A stretch of 63,997 nucleotides of DNA, the filler included, from Piptocephalis cylindrospora (taxonomy: Eukaryota), in NCBI GenBank assembly GCA_003614145.1. It is 13 parts of 13 records of this genome, joined end to end, with 100 filler letters (N's around TTAATTAATTAA, not from the genome) between each part and the next. Parts side by side here need not be neighbours in the genome. Positions count along the whole stretch, not along the records: positions 9,982 to 14,852 come from KZ988459.1; positions 14,953 to 19,818 come from KZ988460.1; positions 19,919 to 24,782 come from KZ988461.1; 10 more parts are not named here. One strand, 5' to 3'. This document shows, in pieces, positions 11,812 to 23,838 of this stretch. Numbering within the stretch: the stretch's first letter is position 1; the number at the start of each line of letters is the position of its first letter. The position numbers and the translations under genes are program-made. The notes under the pieces are model-generated. The model was not told the origin of the DNA and did not search any database. It worked only from the letters and a program-made list of their open reading frames with translations.

Positions 11812-14196
11812 ATGCCGTCCGTGAGCTACACCAAGAGCCCACACAGTAAAAGCGCCTCTTCGCTTCCTGATCAGCGCTCCCCCGTTTCTCCCACTGCCCT
11901 CACTGGTCCTGAAGGTACTCTTCCTTCCTCGGTTGCCGTTGCCAAGTCTCGGTCCTCCTCCCTTTCCTCCTCTTCCTCGATTCCTACCCCCGCCACCTCG
12001 TCTCCTACTTCGCTTCCTACCCTTCCTGAAGTACCAAGCTGGCTCATAGAATATGCCTCTTCGGATGCCATCACCGAAGTTGAGCATTCCACTGAACCAT
12101 TCAATGTGTCTGTCGACACGTCCGAAGAGCCTCTTTTGCCTTCATTCCTACAGGAAAGCGATGTAAAATTTGTCAACAAGATCATGAGTATCATTTTCCG
12201 ATCTAGGTGTCCCTCCTCATCCCAAAATCCTCCCATGGGGTTTCTTGGTGTTCGTAAGGAGGGACTAGAAGAAGATTTGCCCTTCTCCCTCTGCATTTCC
12301 CTCAAGTGCCAGGTCACGGAAAGAACTGTAGAATCTTACCTTCTCTCGATGACCCCTTACCTGCGTTCCACATCCAGTAGGCATACATTGACCGAGAAGG
12401 GAATGAAGAGAACCAGTAAGGGAAAGAAGGGTCACAAGGGTCCTCGTTCAATGGCCTGGGACCCCTCCAGTATCATTCTTCTTACCCAACAACTCTACTC
12501 TCATCTACGGCTACTTCCCTTGGGAGAGGCACTCTCCAGTTCACAGATCCATAAGGAGCAGTTTGTCGTAAATGTTCAACTTTTACCTCATTCCACCAAT
12601 TTGGAGGCTCTACGAGGGAAAGTATTCCTCCCTTCTTCAGATGTAAAGTGTTTCCATTTTCGCTCAGCATCCTCCCAATCTCTGTCGAGCATCCGCCTTT
12701 CCGTGTGGTATGAACCAAATCCTCTGGAGCTTTTGCAATTATCCAATTCTTCCTCCGAAGGGTCCTCGTCTCCTACCGCCAAGACTGGTATATCAACGAC
12801 TCTCTCACGTACCTCAGAAACCTACCAGGAAAGGAAGGGGGAGGGAATGGAGGATGGTAAGGAAGCGCCCAGTGTAGAAGAACCGATTGAAGAAGAGGTT
12901 CAGTCCACCTATCCTTCCCCCTCAGTCCCCCCTCGCCCTGGTACGCCTACCCCAACCGACTCCCTTTCTTCCAGAGTATCCTCCCTCTCTAAGAGGCACC
13001 ACAATGCCTCCTGTCCGCCAATGGGGCGCTCGATCGAACACTCCGGTGCCTCGGAGCCCCAACCATCCCCCAATGCTAGGGAGGAAGGAGGATCAATTGG
13101 CCCTTGGGAGACCACTCCATCCTCCCCTACCCCCTCATCGTCCCTTCTGTATGTCCCCTACCAAATTCCTCAGGTCAAGTCACCTTTACGTCGGTCCTTT
13201 ATGGAAGGAGATGTTTTAGATCCTCCCAATCATCCCTCCATCTCCACTGCCCTTCCCGCCCTCCAAGATGATGTGATCAGGGATACGGAGGGAGCCAGGA
13301 AGAGGCGGGGGCCATCTTCTATCCCCAATGAGGTTTCCACCCCCTTTGGCTCCCTCGTAGGTTCATATGAGGAGAGTATTCTGACAGGTCGCATGTCCAC
13401 CCTTCCATCCCTTCCCCTATGGTTCATCGCTCAAATGGGCGTCCTGGGCTCTGGACCTGGTTGTCCCAGCAAGCTTCGATGTCCCCCGCACATATCCATC
13501 GATTTTCCCGCTTACTTTTATACACATGAGGAAGAATCTGCCCCCTCTCCCTATGTCGGGACTCTTGACCTTGCCCTTGGTCTCGCTGCTGCCCTGGAGA
13601 AGAAAAATACCCATCCCCTTCTAGGGGGCCCTCTCGTTCTAAAACAGGCCCCCTCCACTCCCCTCGAAGACCCATCCCCTCGTGATTTGGGCTACCGGAT
13701 CCCTGGTCAAGGACGTCTCCAAATCATTATCAAAAACTCCCAGAAAACCGCTGTACGTCTTTTCCTCATCCCATATAACCTTCAGGACATGCCCATTGGC
13801 TACAAGACCTTTCTGCGTCAGATGATCTATCGGGAAACCGTCGGAGTGAGTCTAGATAGGGCAAGTCCCTGTCCCCTCCCCTCCTCCCCCCCTCTCGAGA
13901 AGCCTCGGCGTGTCCTAGGATCCGCCATCCACCTTCATATCCGCCGTACCTCCCGGACCCGATGGTACGTCTATGGGCCTGTTCGTGTTGTCTTTGGTCA
14001 CCGTGTCCTCGAACAGGGCATAGGGGATCACGAGGTAGTGGAGACTGGGGGCCCACAAGATCCCCAATGGGTCCCCTTTGATGCTCTGGAACCCGAGGAT
14101 TGTCAGGATTCTCCCAAAAGGACCCATGGAGGTAGTCAGTACTGGGCTTCTAGTCCATGGGAACGTCCCACCTCCCTGGAACATCGTCGTCGGTAG
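11812..14196 (+). CDS. Atos/FAM214-like protein (DUF4210 plus C-terminal Chromosome_seg-type domain)
   Basis: FGSLVGSYEESILTGRM, CPPHISIDFPAYFY, PSPYVG, GYRIPGQGRLQIIIKN..KTAVRLFLIPYNLQDMP...KTFLRQ, VRVVF. Confidence 0.88.
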   Translation: MPSVSYTKSPHSKSASSLPDQRSPVSPTALTGPEGTLPSSVAVAKSRSSSLSSSSSIPTPATSSPTSLPTLPEVPSWLIEYASSDAITEVEHSTEPFNVSVDTSEEPLLPSFLQESDVKFVNKIMSIIFRSRCPSSSQNPPMGFLGVRKEGLEEDLPFSLCISLKCQVTERTVESYLLSMTPYLRSTSSRHTLTEKGMKRTSKGKKGHKGPRSMAWDPSSIILLTQQLYSHLRLLPLGEALSSSQIHKEQFVVNVQLLPHSTNLEALRGKVFLPSSDVKCFHFRSASSQSLSSIRLSVWYEPNPLELLQLSNSSSEGSSSPTAKTGISTTLSRTSETYQERKGEGMEDGKEAPSVEEPIEEEVQSTYPSPSVPPRPGTPTPTDSLSSRVSSLSKRHHNASCPPMGRSIEHSGASEPQPSPNAREEGGSIGPWETTPSSPTPSSSLLYVPYQIPQVKSPLRRSFMEGDVLDPPNHPSISTALPALQDDVIRDTEGARKRRGPSSIPNEVSTPFGSLVGSYEESILTGRMSTLPSLPLWFIAQMGVLGSGPGCPSKLRCPPHISIDFPAYFYTHEEESAPSPYVGTLDLALGLAAALEKKNTHPLLGGPLVLKQAPSTPLEDPSPRDLGYRIPGQGRLQIIIKNSQKTAVRLFLIPYNLQDMPIGYKTFLRQMIYRETVGVSLDRASPCPLPSSPPLEKPRRVLGSAIHLHIRRTSRTRWYVYGPVRVVFGHRVLEQGIGDHEVVETGGPQDPQWVPFDALEPEDCQDSPKRTHGGSQYWASSPWERPTSLEHRRR

Positions 14197-14952
14197 ATCA
14201 ATTCGCGTCCCTGCACCGTCATCTTGGCTGAACCCAGTATCCTCGGTGTGCTGTGCTGTAGTTTGTCATGAGGTGAGCGATGGATTTGCCCTTCAGATCC
14301 ATATAGCTCTGTGTGCGAGCCTATCTCCATTTTTTCCATTCCCCTCCAGGATGGTGAGGGTATGGATGCATCGCCTCCCTGCTTTTTTCCTTTCCGCCTT
14401 TAAACGCCTTCTCTTCCTCTCTTCCAGTATATGTTTCCTACTGGTCTGAGATGGTATATCTTTTCCTGTATTCATTCCCTTCATTTCTTAGCATGAATTC
14501 TTTTTTTCAACTCCTATTTCTCGCTGAATATTCGCATTTTTTATATATCGTTGACATTGGCACGATATGACACTCTTAATGAATAGTGATGGAAGAACAA
14601 AGACGATGAATGGGAGGATGTAATCCTTTCACTCTATGATCTTTCAAGATCACTAGGTTTTGAATTTAGTCTCCTGGCCATTAGATGCACATTTTGGTGT
14701 ATTTATCGAGATATTCTACGAATCGTGTCAAGTTTATCCGAGACGACGCTCAGGCCTGATTTAAAGTACGAATTACGAATGTTGCTTCGGATGCTGATGA
14801 GGACCACAAGGAGGACGGGCATTGAAAGAGGAACGATGGAGAGACGGGGGGGNNNNNNNNNNNNNNNNNNNNNNNNNNNNNNNNNNNNNNNNNNNNTTAA
14901 TTAATTAANNNNNNNNNNNNNNNNNNNNNNNNNNNNNNNNNNNNNNNNNNNN

Positions 14953-15328
14953 CAATTTGGTCTAGAATAGTACCATCCCGGTGGTAGGCAATCATGGCAG
15001 GGTCCAGCGGCTGCTGGGCCCTTTCCGGCAGGTCCTTTTCCGCTGGTACCCCGGGTGGTGGGTGTCCCAAACTCCCGAATTGCAGGTGGGGGGGGGGGGA
15101 GGAGGGGGGGGGGGGATGGGATGTGGATGTTTGGGGAGGGCAATGGCTCATCCACCAACAGTAGTCTACGGGTGCGACGGCGCCGTACGCGCCCCAAACG
15201 AGTGAATCTAGGAAGAGCGAGCAGGGGCCGGGATCGGGATCGGGGAGGGTGTTGCTAGGAAGAGGGAAGTTTCTTTGGAATCCTATGTAATAATCAGCAG
15301 TGTAGATGATCTCTTCCCCCCTCCCCAC
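14953..15328 (-). CDS. Hypothetical protein fragment, truncated by the contig end
   Basis: Open frame to the contig end. A GTATAT..TGTAG intron could join a short upstream ATG exon in frame. No family recognised. Confidence 0.3.
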
Positions 15329-15583
15329 ATCTATGGTTCTGTGGACGAGGATAGCTGACTACAAAGGTCGATTATCCATCAAGAAAAAATCCATTCCGAC
15401 CATAGTAATATACCTTTATCTCCTCTGCCCCCTCCTTCTGAACATCAAGTCGACGTCCATGTCCCATTCATCACCTCCAACGTATACCTTCTCGAGACAC
15501 GCATCAAAACAGTCGAGGGTTCAGTCATCCCCTCCTTTACAATCATTCACTATTCCTCTCCCCATATCATAAAAGTACAACGC

Positions 15584-16801
15584 TCACCTTGGATAGGACC
15601 CGAGAAGGATGACATCGTCAGCAAACTCACGAAGGTTCATGATGGCCTCACACACCCCAGGGTCTAGGTCGGGGACCCCGTCCACATCAAGATACATCGT
15701 ATAATCCCAAGGGGAATGGGCCTCGACGGCGCCTCGGACGTGTGGACGACACTCAATAGTACACACATTGATGTCTCGGAGAGCAAAGCAGGCGAGTACC
15801 CGGAAGAGAGCTCCTGGGCGATTCTTGGTCCGGATAGCTAGGGACGTCCTGGGCTCGTGGTGCCTCTCCCCCTTGGCAGGCTCAAGGCCCAGGAGCCAAA
15901 ATCGGGTAAAAGTGGCGGACGGGTAGGTCTCAATACCCTGAGCCAATTCAATTAGATTATCATAGTGCTCCAAGGCCTTTTCCCCAGCAATTGCAGCGCT
16001 ATGGGACAATGGTCGTGTGGGGTCAGTGGGTAGGGAGACAATATGGAGTAGCTTATGCCACTTACATGCTAGGGTCACCTAGCTCATTGATAGCCTTGGA
16101 AGCCCATCCTGTTCCTAGCTCAGCAACTCTTCGTGCCCGAGGCACATGGTCATCCAGCCATCGGGAACATTGCTCTAGAACATGCGGGTGGGATCGTACC
16201 TGGAAGAAGGATGGGAGAGAGAAGGGGTGGTTTGAGGGCTATTGATCGAAAGAGTAAGATGGAAAGATTGATTTCAATACTCTGTAAATTACCTCTTCAA
16301 TTCCCTCTAGGGTAGCGCCTGGTGGCGCCAGAAGTCGATGGGGCTCGGCGTGGATGTATTCACCGACAACATGAACACGGGGTGCATTGGCCAGACCAGC
16401 CCTGACGGGCGAGAGCCTCCCATCCACCAGCATGGTCAATGTGGTATGTAGCGTCCCCGTATGGGAGTTTTCAATCGCAATCAGCCCCAACTCTAACTCC
16501 CCATCCAAGATGGCCTGCTGGAGCTGGAAAAGAGGACAAAGGGGTAAAGATGAGGAAACAGGCCCAAGGCGTATCCATCAACGTACCTTCTCTTCTGACG
16601 GGTAGGAACGGGTGGAAAAGACCCTTCCAGTAAAGGCGGAATGGCGAGTAAAGAGTCGCTCAATGGCGGCCTGAGAGTAGGAGCCAGGGGCATCCTAAAG
16701 GGAAGGAGGGTATGCAAAGGTTAGGCCTCTCTTCAAGGGCAGCAGTCTAGCCATCCCAGACGACTTGCCACATAACCAACAATGGTGTTTTCCGGAGCCA
16801 T
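15584..16801 (-). CDS. PHA2: Prephenate dehydratase (PDT plus ACT domain), at least 5 exons
   Basis: PGSYSQAA, LIAIENSHTG, VRSHPHVLEQC, AAIAG, FTRF, NRPGALFRVLACFALRDINVCTIECRP, WDYTMYLDVDG, LLGSYPR. Confidence 0.92.
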
Positions 16802-17657
16802 GGATACAGAGAGGTTAGGACAGTGGGTACAATGAAGAAGGACGAACGAAAGGATGGAGGCTAGGAGGCGTCCTAGTCTTTAATGATGATGACGACAGCT
16901 TGAAAGAACAGGGGGTTTCTTGGGAAAGGGTGGCGCAAGCGGAGTCGAAATCGTATAATCTACCACTTACATTAAGACAGCCATGCTGCGAGGTATAGCG
17001 CGATATAAAATGATATGGGAACACTGACTAAATGTGCTTTACCAAACCATCACCAAGCGAGGATATTCGGTTAGGATGATGGGGCTGTGCCGTGTCGAAG
17101 AGTTCATCATTGTTTTATGGGGAAGCTCCCTAATAGGCATTTGATGTCAAGCGCACCTATTCTCACGCAATGGGGCAGGCCGATGGAGATTCAAATACAG
17201 TATCCGTTTAAATGACCGGCATTTTCTCTTTAATGGGCCTCAGACTAGGTGAGGGAGAGGGGAGGACAGGCGTGATGCTAAGCCTTGAGATCAAACTCAC
17301 TGGGGCTTGCCACTGTGAATTATTGTACCATTGACGAGGACACTGTACACGGGGTTTCCTAGAATATAAAACCGTATCCTCTAGTAACAATTGCGAATTA
17401 GCTAACGAACATTATAAGAGTGATCGGCGGTTTAGGGAAAAAAGATGCTTATATTTTCTCTAGACGAATGTCCAGATTGGAATGGGGCACGACTTCTAGC
17501 GTCTAATGATGTAGAGACACAGCAAACATGAGACAACGAATCACCTTTGATTCTTATCTTTTAAAGATCAGCGGGGATACAGAGGGGAAAAAGCAACGTA
17601 CCCAGTCAGTATCCATTCCTTCCTCCAACTTCCTCTCAACTACGACTAGACCAGACC

Positions 17658-18876
17658 ATGTCACTATTCGGAAAGGCAACAGCATCTAGGGCGCAGCTTC
17701 TAACTCGTATCTCTACCACTGGCCTCTGCCCACGAAAGGCGGGTGTTCTGGAACAGATACGGCCCCTCCATGCTACGGCGCCGCAATGGAATCGGAAGCC
17801 TCGACCCAACCTCTTTGTCCAGCCCTCTAACGCACCCCCCTCGAGGAAGGACTCGGTTGCCGGCCAAGACCACAGTTCCCACTGATGCATACCTAATGTC
17901 CTCCAAGGTAACCCGATTAATGGGGAAAGGTCGGGAAGCTGAGGCCCTTGAGCTGTGTAGACGGGCCCCGGTGTCGGCGCGACATCCGGTGGTGTGGGCC
18001 AACCTGATCAAGAGCTACAAGGATCTTGGCAAAACCAATGCAGCTTGGTCGGCCTTTAATGAGGTGGGTACTGCCGGCTCATGGGGTCATGATGGAGCGC
18101 CGTACTGACCCTATCCTTTTCAGATGAAGAAACGCGGGCTCGACCCCACCCCGGCCACATACACCATGATCTTAGATGCCCTGTCTGCCACATCCACCAC
18201 AAAAGCCGCCGAGCGGGTTAGATCGGTTCACCAGGGCCTCATGAGCAAGGGCTGTATGAGTACTATTCATGCTAATTCCTTACTCAAGGCCTACAGTCTT
18301 CTCCGGGATGCAGAGGCGTTCAGTCGATTTTGGGACAGATTGTGTGAGCCCTTGCGCACCTCCTCTAATCCATCGATTGTCCCCGAGGAACTGCCCCTTC
18401 CGGATGCCACTTCTTTCACGTATGCCATTACCTACTTTGCCAATGAGGCCATTCGGCAGAAAGATAAGGCTGGTCTAACGGCGGTCTGGGATACCTGGGC
18501 CCTACTTTCCTCCTTATCCACGAGTCATGATGCTACCCGGTGGATGGATTCAGGCACGGTGTTTTCCATGCTCCGAGCATGTAATGTCTCTAGCATTCTT
18601 GACCCGGCCGAGGCTCAGAGTCATGCGTTGGCTGTTGAAAAGGCCTGTTTCCCCGATGATAAAGATCAAGCCCCGATCCTAGACATCCGACCGGACATCC
18701 GGGTTGTATGGCAATTCATGATGAATTATCGACAAAAGGGGGATGTGACTGGGGCCTTTCGTTGCCTCAAACGGATCCGGGCCCATTGGCCCTACCTCTC
18801 CCTAGACTGGCCCTTTTGGGCAGGGATGTCGGGAATGGTGCGAGAGATGCTTCCTCGCAGGGAGGGTGGATCATAA
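17658..18876 (+). CDS. Mitochondrial pentatricopeptide-repeat (PPR) protein with an apparent frame break near 17835
   Basis: Presequence-like N-terminus (RPLHATAPQW). PPR motif VVWANLIKSY...AAWSAFNE|MKKRGLDPTPATYTMILDAL spans intron 18064-18123; also PDATSFTYAI. Confidence 0.8.
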
Positions 18877-19113
18877 GCGTGTGGATGTGAGGGTAGGGCT
18901 GGGTTGGGTGATACTAATGATGTGTGCTGGTGTCTCCTCTATCATATGGATGAAAAAGCGTGTGTTGTTGGCATCATCCTTTATATCTACTTCCTTTCCC
19001 CTTTTCCTTCCCGATACGACCGATATGGGGGATATTGCACGTGGTAATGTACAATCCTTGGGAGAAAGCGTCCAGGCCCATCCATGGCAAGGATATAGAT
19101 CCCCTAGCGCCTC

Positions 19114-19818
19114 CTAAGTGACCGAAAGGTCATTCAGGGCAATGCAAACTGCTGCCTTGCTGTGGCCATTGTAATGTCGTACGGTCTCACCGGAAGAGAG
19201 CTCCCAGAGCCTTGCCGTGCAGTCCGAACTCGCTATCGATCATCATGAATCGGGATCGGGACAAATGGGGGAGTAAGTGACAAGGGTCCCCTGTCACTGT
19301 CCAGCACTCAACCCTTCACATGAGGCATACCTGTCACTAAATAGGCTGAGTCAGCGCTGAAGGCACAATCCCATACCCAACGCTTGTGGCCTCGGAGCTC
19401 GCTCTTTCTGGGGCAGTTAGCACGGCCAAGGTCCCAGAGACGTACGGAGGCATCACTAGAGCAGGTGGAGAGCATCATGGACCCAGTGGATTGATCCTGG
19501 GCCACGGCCAATCTGGTCAAATAGGCATCTTCGTGGGCGACAAACCGATGAACCGGCACAGGCTTCCCCACTTCGGTCTGGGAAGGAAGATGCCAGACAA
19601 AGACATCGGCCGATTGGGACCCAGCCACAAGGGTCGTACAATCTGGGCTAATGGCCAGACTACGAATGGATGCATCCTCATCCGGGATCTAGTCGTCGAG
19701 GGGGGGGGGGGGGGGGGGGGGGGGGGGAGGGTATGTTGGGAAGGAGAAAAGCAATCAGTTCCTGGAGCCGCCCTCAAGATCTCCACATCACAGCTGCGAC
19801 TTTCTCGCCAAAGGACGC
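19114..19818 (-). CDS. LST8: TOR complex subunit LST8 (WD40), 5'-truncated
   Basis: [45 protein letters not shown]...[15 protein letters not shown]. Confidence 0.93.
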
Positions 19819-20115
19819 NNNNNNNNNNNNNNNNNNNNNNNNNNNNNNNNNNNNNNNNNNNNTTAATTAATTAANNNNNNNNNNNNNNNNNNNNNNNNNN
19901 NNNNNNNNNNNNNNNNNNAGGGACGGGTCGAGGTCCATCAGGGGGAAGGAAAGAGAATATGTCCAGAGTGGGCTCTGTCGCAAGGTCTATATGAGTGAAT
20001 ATAGGGAAGTAAAATGAGTGAGATAATGGTTCAATGACTTCTTGAAAGGATAAGGAAGGATGGAGCCCCAAGCCCGCTTTCTCTCCGTTCCTTTACCTTG
20101 GAAGGAACGGCCGCC

Positions 20116-21579
20116 TCAGGAACGATTGTTTTTTTGAGCGGTCGCATTGGCCTTGAATGGTACAGTAGGGCGGCTAGCGCTTTCCGTGCTAGCGTACGTT
20201 GAACGCATTGTATCGGTGGATTGGGAGGGTCCCATGAGCTGATCCAGCCAGGATGTGCCTTTGGAGCCAGATTGTCCATCAGCCTCAGTCATCCTCCATC
20301 GTTTGAAAGCATCGAAGATGCTACCACCAAAACCGAACCAAGACGATCCATCGCCGGCACCCATCGAATCCACAGGGCTGGCCCCAGAAGGAGCAGCGAC
20401 AGGAATGGTGGAGGGTGGAGTGGCCTCGACTGGGCGAGTGGCGTTCTTGGGGAAATCATTCTTGGCGCTCTCAATGGGTTTCCGGGATGAGGGATTGGCT
20501 CCTACCTGAGATTGATTACCTTCGTTAGGAGGAGGTATCAGATTTGACGTGGTATCGGAGGAGCTTATAGGACGAGAAGGGGTGGTGATGGAAGTGTCCT
20601 TAGCGGCAGACGTAGAGGTATTGGAGATATCCTTAGCGGCAGACGTAGAGGTATTGGAGATGTCCTTAGCGGCAGACGTAGAGGTATTGGAGGTATCCTT
20701 AGCGGCAGACGTAGAGGTATTGGAGATGTCCTTAGCGGCAGACGTAGAGGTATTGGAGGTATCCTTAGCGGCAGACGTAGAGGTATTGGAGATGTCCTTA
20801 GCGGCAGACGTAGAGGCATTGGAGATGTCCTTAGCGGCAGGCTTAGAGGCATTGGAGATGTCCTTAGCGGCAGGCTTAGAGGCATTGGAGGAATCCGTAG
20901 AAGCGGATGTGCCAGGCTCTTTTTCCTTCGAGGATGGGGGAGCCGTAATAGGATTATCACTTTTTGGTCGGACAGTAATCTTAGGCTGTTTTTCATACAA
21001 TGCATGACCGTCATCTCCGAGGACAAACTCTCCGATCGTCGGGTATCCATCCAGGTTAGCCACAAGCAAGGCTGGGCCCGTTACTTCACTTCCGGAACCG
21101 TCAATATGTACGTCAGCACAGTTCATATAATACTCCCGGTTACCCATGGCATTAACCCAGGACCAGGCAAAGATTACATCCCCACCTGGAATATCTTTGG
21201 GTAGATCCACCGAGTAACTACTATCGCTCTTAAGGCAATCTTTCATGATAGTACGCAGGACGACAAATGTTTTGCCTTGGTCGTATGACAGAGAGAACTG
21301 GCAATGTCCACCATTGTGTCTAGCGCTACCGTCTAGAGTGGTAACAATGGAGGTACCCGCCTTATAGGTGCGAACATTGGGACCAGCTGGGGCGCGCTTA
21401 CACGGAAACTGTGAGCTACCCTGGAGCGGAGTTGTCATATCCCAATCGATCCCACCCACTGGATGGGGATTGTGGGGTGATCGACGGGGTGGAGGCTCCG
21501 CTAGAGCCATATGCGCCGATACCGATTGGCTTAAAAGAAGAGCTGGGATAAGGAGAGCTGGGAGAGTATTGGAGATCAT
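20116..21579 (-). CDS. Secreted AA11-like lytic polysaccharide monooxygenase with a Ser/Thr-rich repeat stalk
   Basis: Signal peptide ends VSA|H, giving an N-terminal His. Motifs FPCK, SARHNGGHCQFSLSY and AWSWVNAMGNREYYMNCADV. ATG at 21579. Confidence 0.85.
   Translation of the reverse strand: MISNTLPALLIPALLLSQSVSAHMALAEPPPRRSPHNPHPVGGIDWDMTTPLQGSSQFPCKRAPAGPNVRTYKAGTSIVTTLDGSARHNGGHCQFSLSYDQGKTFVVLRTIMKDCLKSDSSYSVDLPKDIPGGDVIFAWSWVNAMGNREYYMNCADVHIDGSGSEVTGPALLVANLDGYPTIGEFVLGDDGHALYEKQPKITVRPKSDNPITAPPSSKEKEPGTSASTDSSNASKPAAKDISNASKPAAKDISNASTSAAKDISNTSTSAAKDTSNTSTSAAKDISNTSTSAAKDTSNTSTSAAKDISNTSTSAAKDISNTSTSAAKDTSITTPSRPISSSDTTSNLIPPPNEGNQSQVGANPSSRKPIESAKNDFPKNATRPVEATPPSTIPVAAPSGASPVDSMGAGDGSSWFGFGGSIFDAFKRWRMTEADGQSGSKGTSWLDQLMGPSQSTDTMRSTYASTESASRPTVPFKANATAQKNNRS
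20597..20893 (-). repeat. 33-bp coding tandem repeat x9 (AAKD[I/T]SN[T/A]STS)
   Basis: tccttagcggcag recurs every 33 bp from 20597 to 20861. Confidence 0.97.
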
Positions 21580-23838
21580 TGCCACAGACAGGTTCGTTGA
21601 CTGGTATAGTTAGAGGGTAGGCGAGGAAGAAGATAGAGAAGAGAAGAATATTGCTTAGGGCACCAGGCACCAAGGAGTATAGAAAAGGCGGTAGTAGAAA
21701 ATGGATGGATGGGTAAATGGGTGAGGTAAGCGAGGGAGGTCAACGGAAGTTTGGGAGAAAGGAGAAAGAGGTATATTCAAACTTCGTTCAAGAAGTGCCC
21801 GTATTTTATATCTTATCATCCCCTTCTCTTTCCCCTGAAAACTGTGGAGGAAGTGTTTTAAGAAACGTATCCCCGCAACTCAGACCCTTATCTTCCCCAG
21901 GCGGATAGAGCCCTTGTTGATGACTGATGCCAAGGACCGAGAACAGGAGTAGAGTCACCCGCTGCTATAAGCGTATGAAGTACACTTTCTCTGACTAACT
22001 TTACCACTGGTCCTATGAACCATATTTTGTTGCTTGGGGCATGGGCGCTTAATTGCAGATTGGAAAAGGGGCGAGAGAAGCGTTGGATACAAGATAATCT
22101 CACCCGTTCTATCCCCAGTCTTCTTGACACTGACTATATCCCCAAAGTTCGACAATTCTGGAAGAAATGAATTGGGGATGTCCCACCAAAGGGAAATATA
22201 CTGGTTTCATCATCATCAATAGCTTGCACATACCATATTTTAACAAGACGATAACTATTTGTCTATTCAACAGAGAACCGTATATATATAAGGTCAAGCC
22301 AATGGCCTTTTTTTGACTTAATAGAATCGGCTGTTAGACATTTGAGTACAATGTTCATTTAAAACCCCACATACAAGGTACTAAAGACATTCTTTTTAGT
22401 AGTAGTAAACAACGAAGTGTATTGGGGAAAATCACAATCTTTTTTAACGCGGCAAGGTGAGCTCAAAATTATTTAATATGGTTATAAATAATCTACACGG
22501 TTAGCGGGCAAAGTTTGAAAATTTCAATTCTATGTAGATTAAGTTGGATTTTGATCACCTCCTCAGGCACCCTAATTTTCCTCATATTATTAATTGAACG
22601 ATCCATTTGATGGCGAAAACTCCTTCGGATGAGAAACGATCATGTGTAGCTGTTATGTCGATAAAGACTTTTTACACATAATACATATCGAGGACTCCGT
22701 CCTTGGTAACATGCATGATAGCCCTAAGGTAGGGTGCTGTTCTCGGATACCCTTGCCTACCTCTCTTGGGGAAAATATAACGACCATCATCATCATCATC
22801 ATATTAATCTCCTATTCCATGCGGTAGGAGTTGCCTTTCTGGCTTTCCCCTGGAGACGAAAGTCTTGGTGAGGAGGAAAAGGGGTTGTGGGTCATGACCC
22901 ACCTAGATGACTGTATTTATTTCATGGCTGCTTACATCGTGGCTTGCCCACATCAGGGGAGGTATGGTCAGGTTACTCGCTACACATAATCATATAGAGC
23001 GATTAGTTATTCTAGCAAGAAGACGGCCTGAAAGATCAAATGAGTGGGGTAAAACGACATGAAATTACTGGATTGATTGTACCTTGATGTGGTGCGTTCA
23101 TCAATGGGCTTGGGTCACCTTCACATACACACAGGCTACCCCTCCGACATAGCTGCTCTACCAGGACGATGGGTTCATAGTAGAATCCAATAACCCCTTG
23201 CACCGCATTTCCTTGTGTGATAATATATCCGTTTGGAGCGTTTAGTCTGCCCATGCAGAGAGTCTGCATAGACACCCGCTTGGGAGAAAAGCTGATTACT
23301 CTTTCCTGCTTCTACGTCTCAGCTTAATGGGAGTCTCTCCGCGTCCTGTTACGTGTCCCTGCTTCTGCCTTTCTAAGTAAATATTATCCATCTATGAGAC
23401 CTTCCCCAATGCTTTAAAGCTAGCTACACGGTTCGTGAGCTTGTGGGCTGGCTTGCTCTTTCCTGGGCCAAGGACAGTGGGTCCTACAGCACGATATAGG
23501 CTGAGCCATCCCCTTTCCGCACTTACCCGATATGCCCTCCCATTGGCCCTCCGGTGTGACGGACCCTATGCCCAGGCGACTGGCTCCTCTGGCTGCCTTC
23601 ATGCCTTGGGAGACTGGACATGAGCACTTCAGAGGTTAGCCTTAAGCCCGTTTTCTTTTTGATCGCCACATCCCTTCCATCTTCCTTACCTTTTTGTTGC
23701 TTTTCACTTTGACGTCCTGTCGCAAATCAGACCATTAGAAACGTGTAAAAAGGTCGTTCGGGTTAACCAGTCATCCGCTTATCCACGACCCTTCACCCGG
23801 CCCTGCCTTGCTTCTCATTACCACGCCTCATTTGATCC

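Noticed and set aside
19700..19727. Long G runs (also about 15086-15115 and the window end) as G-quadruplex elements
   Set aside because: They are simple homopolymers near contig ends, with unreliable length and no specific functional evidence.
20597..20893. CRISPR-like appearance of the 33-bp, 18-bp and 21-bp periodic repeats
   Set aside because: They are tandem repeats, mostly coding, without unique spacers of CRISPR size; no cas genes; eukaryotic context.
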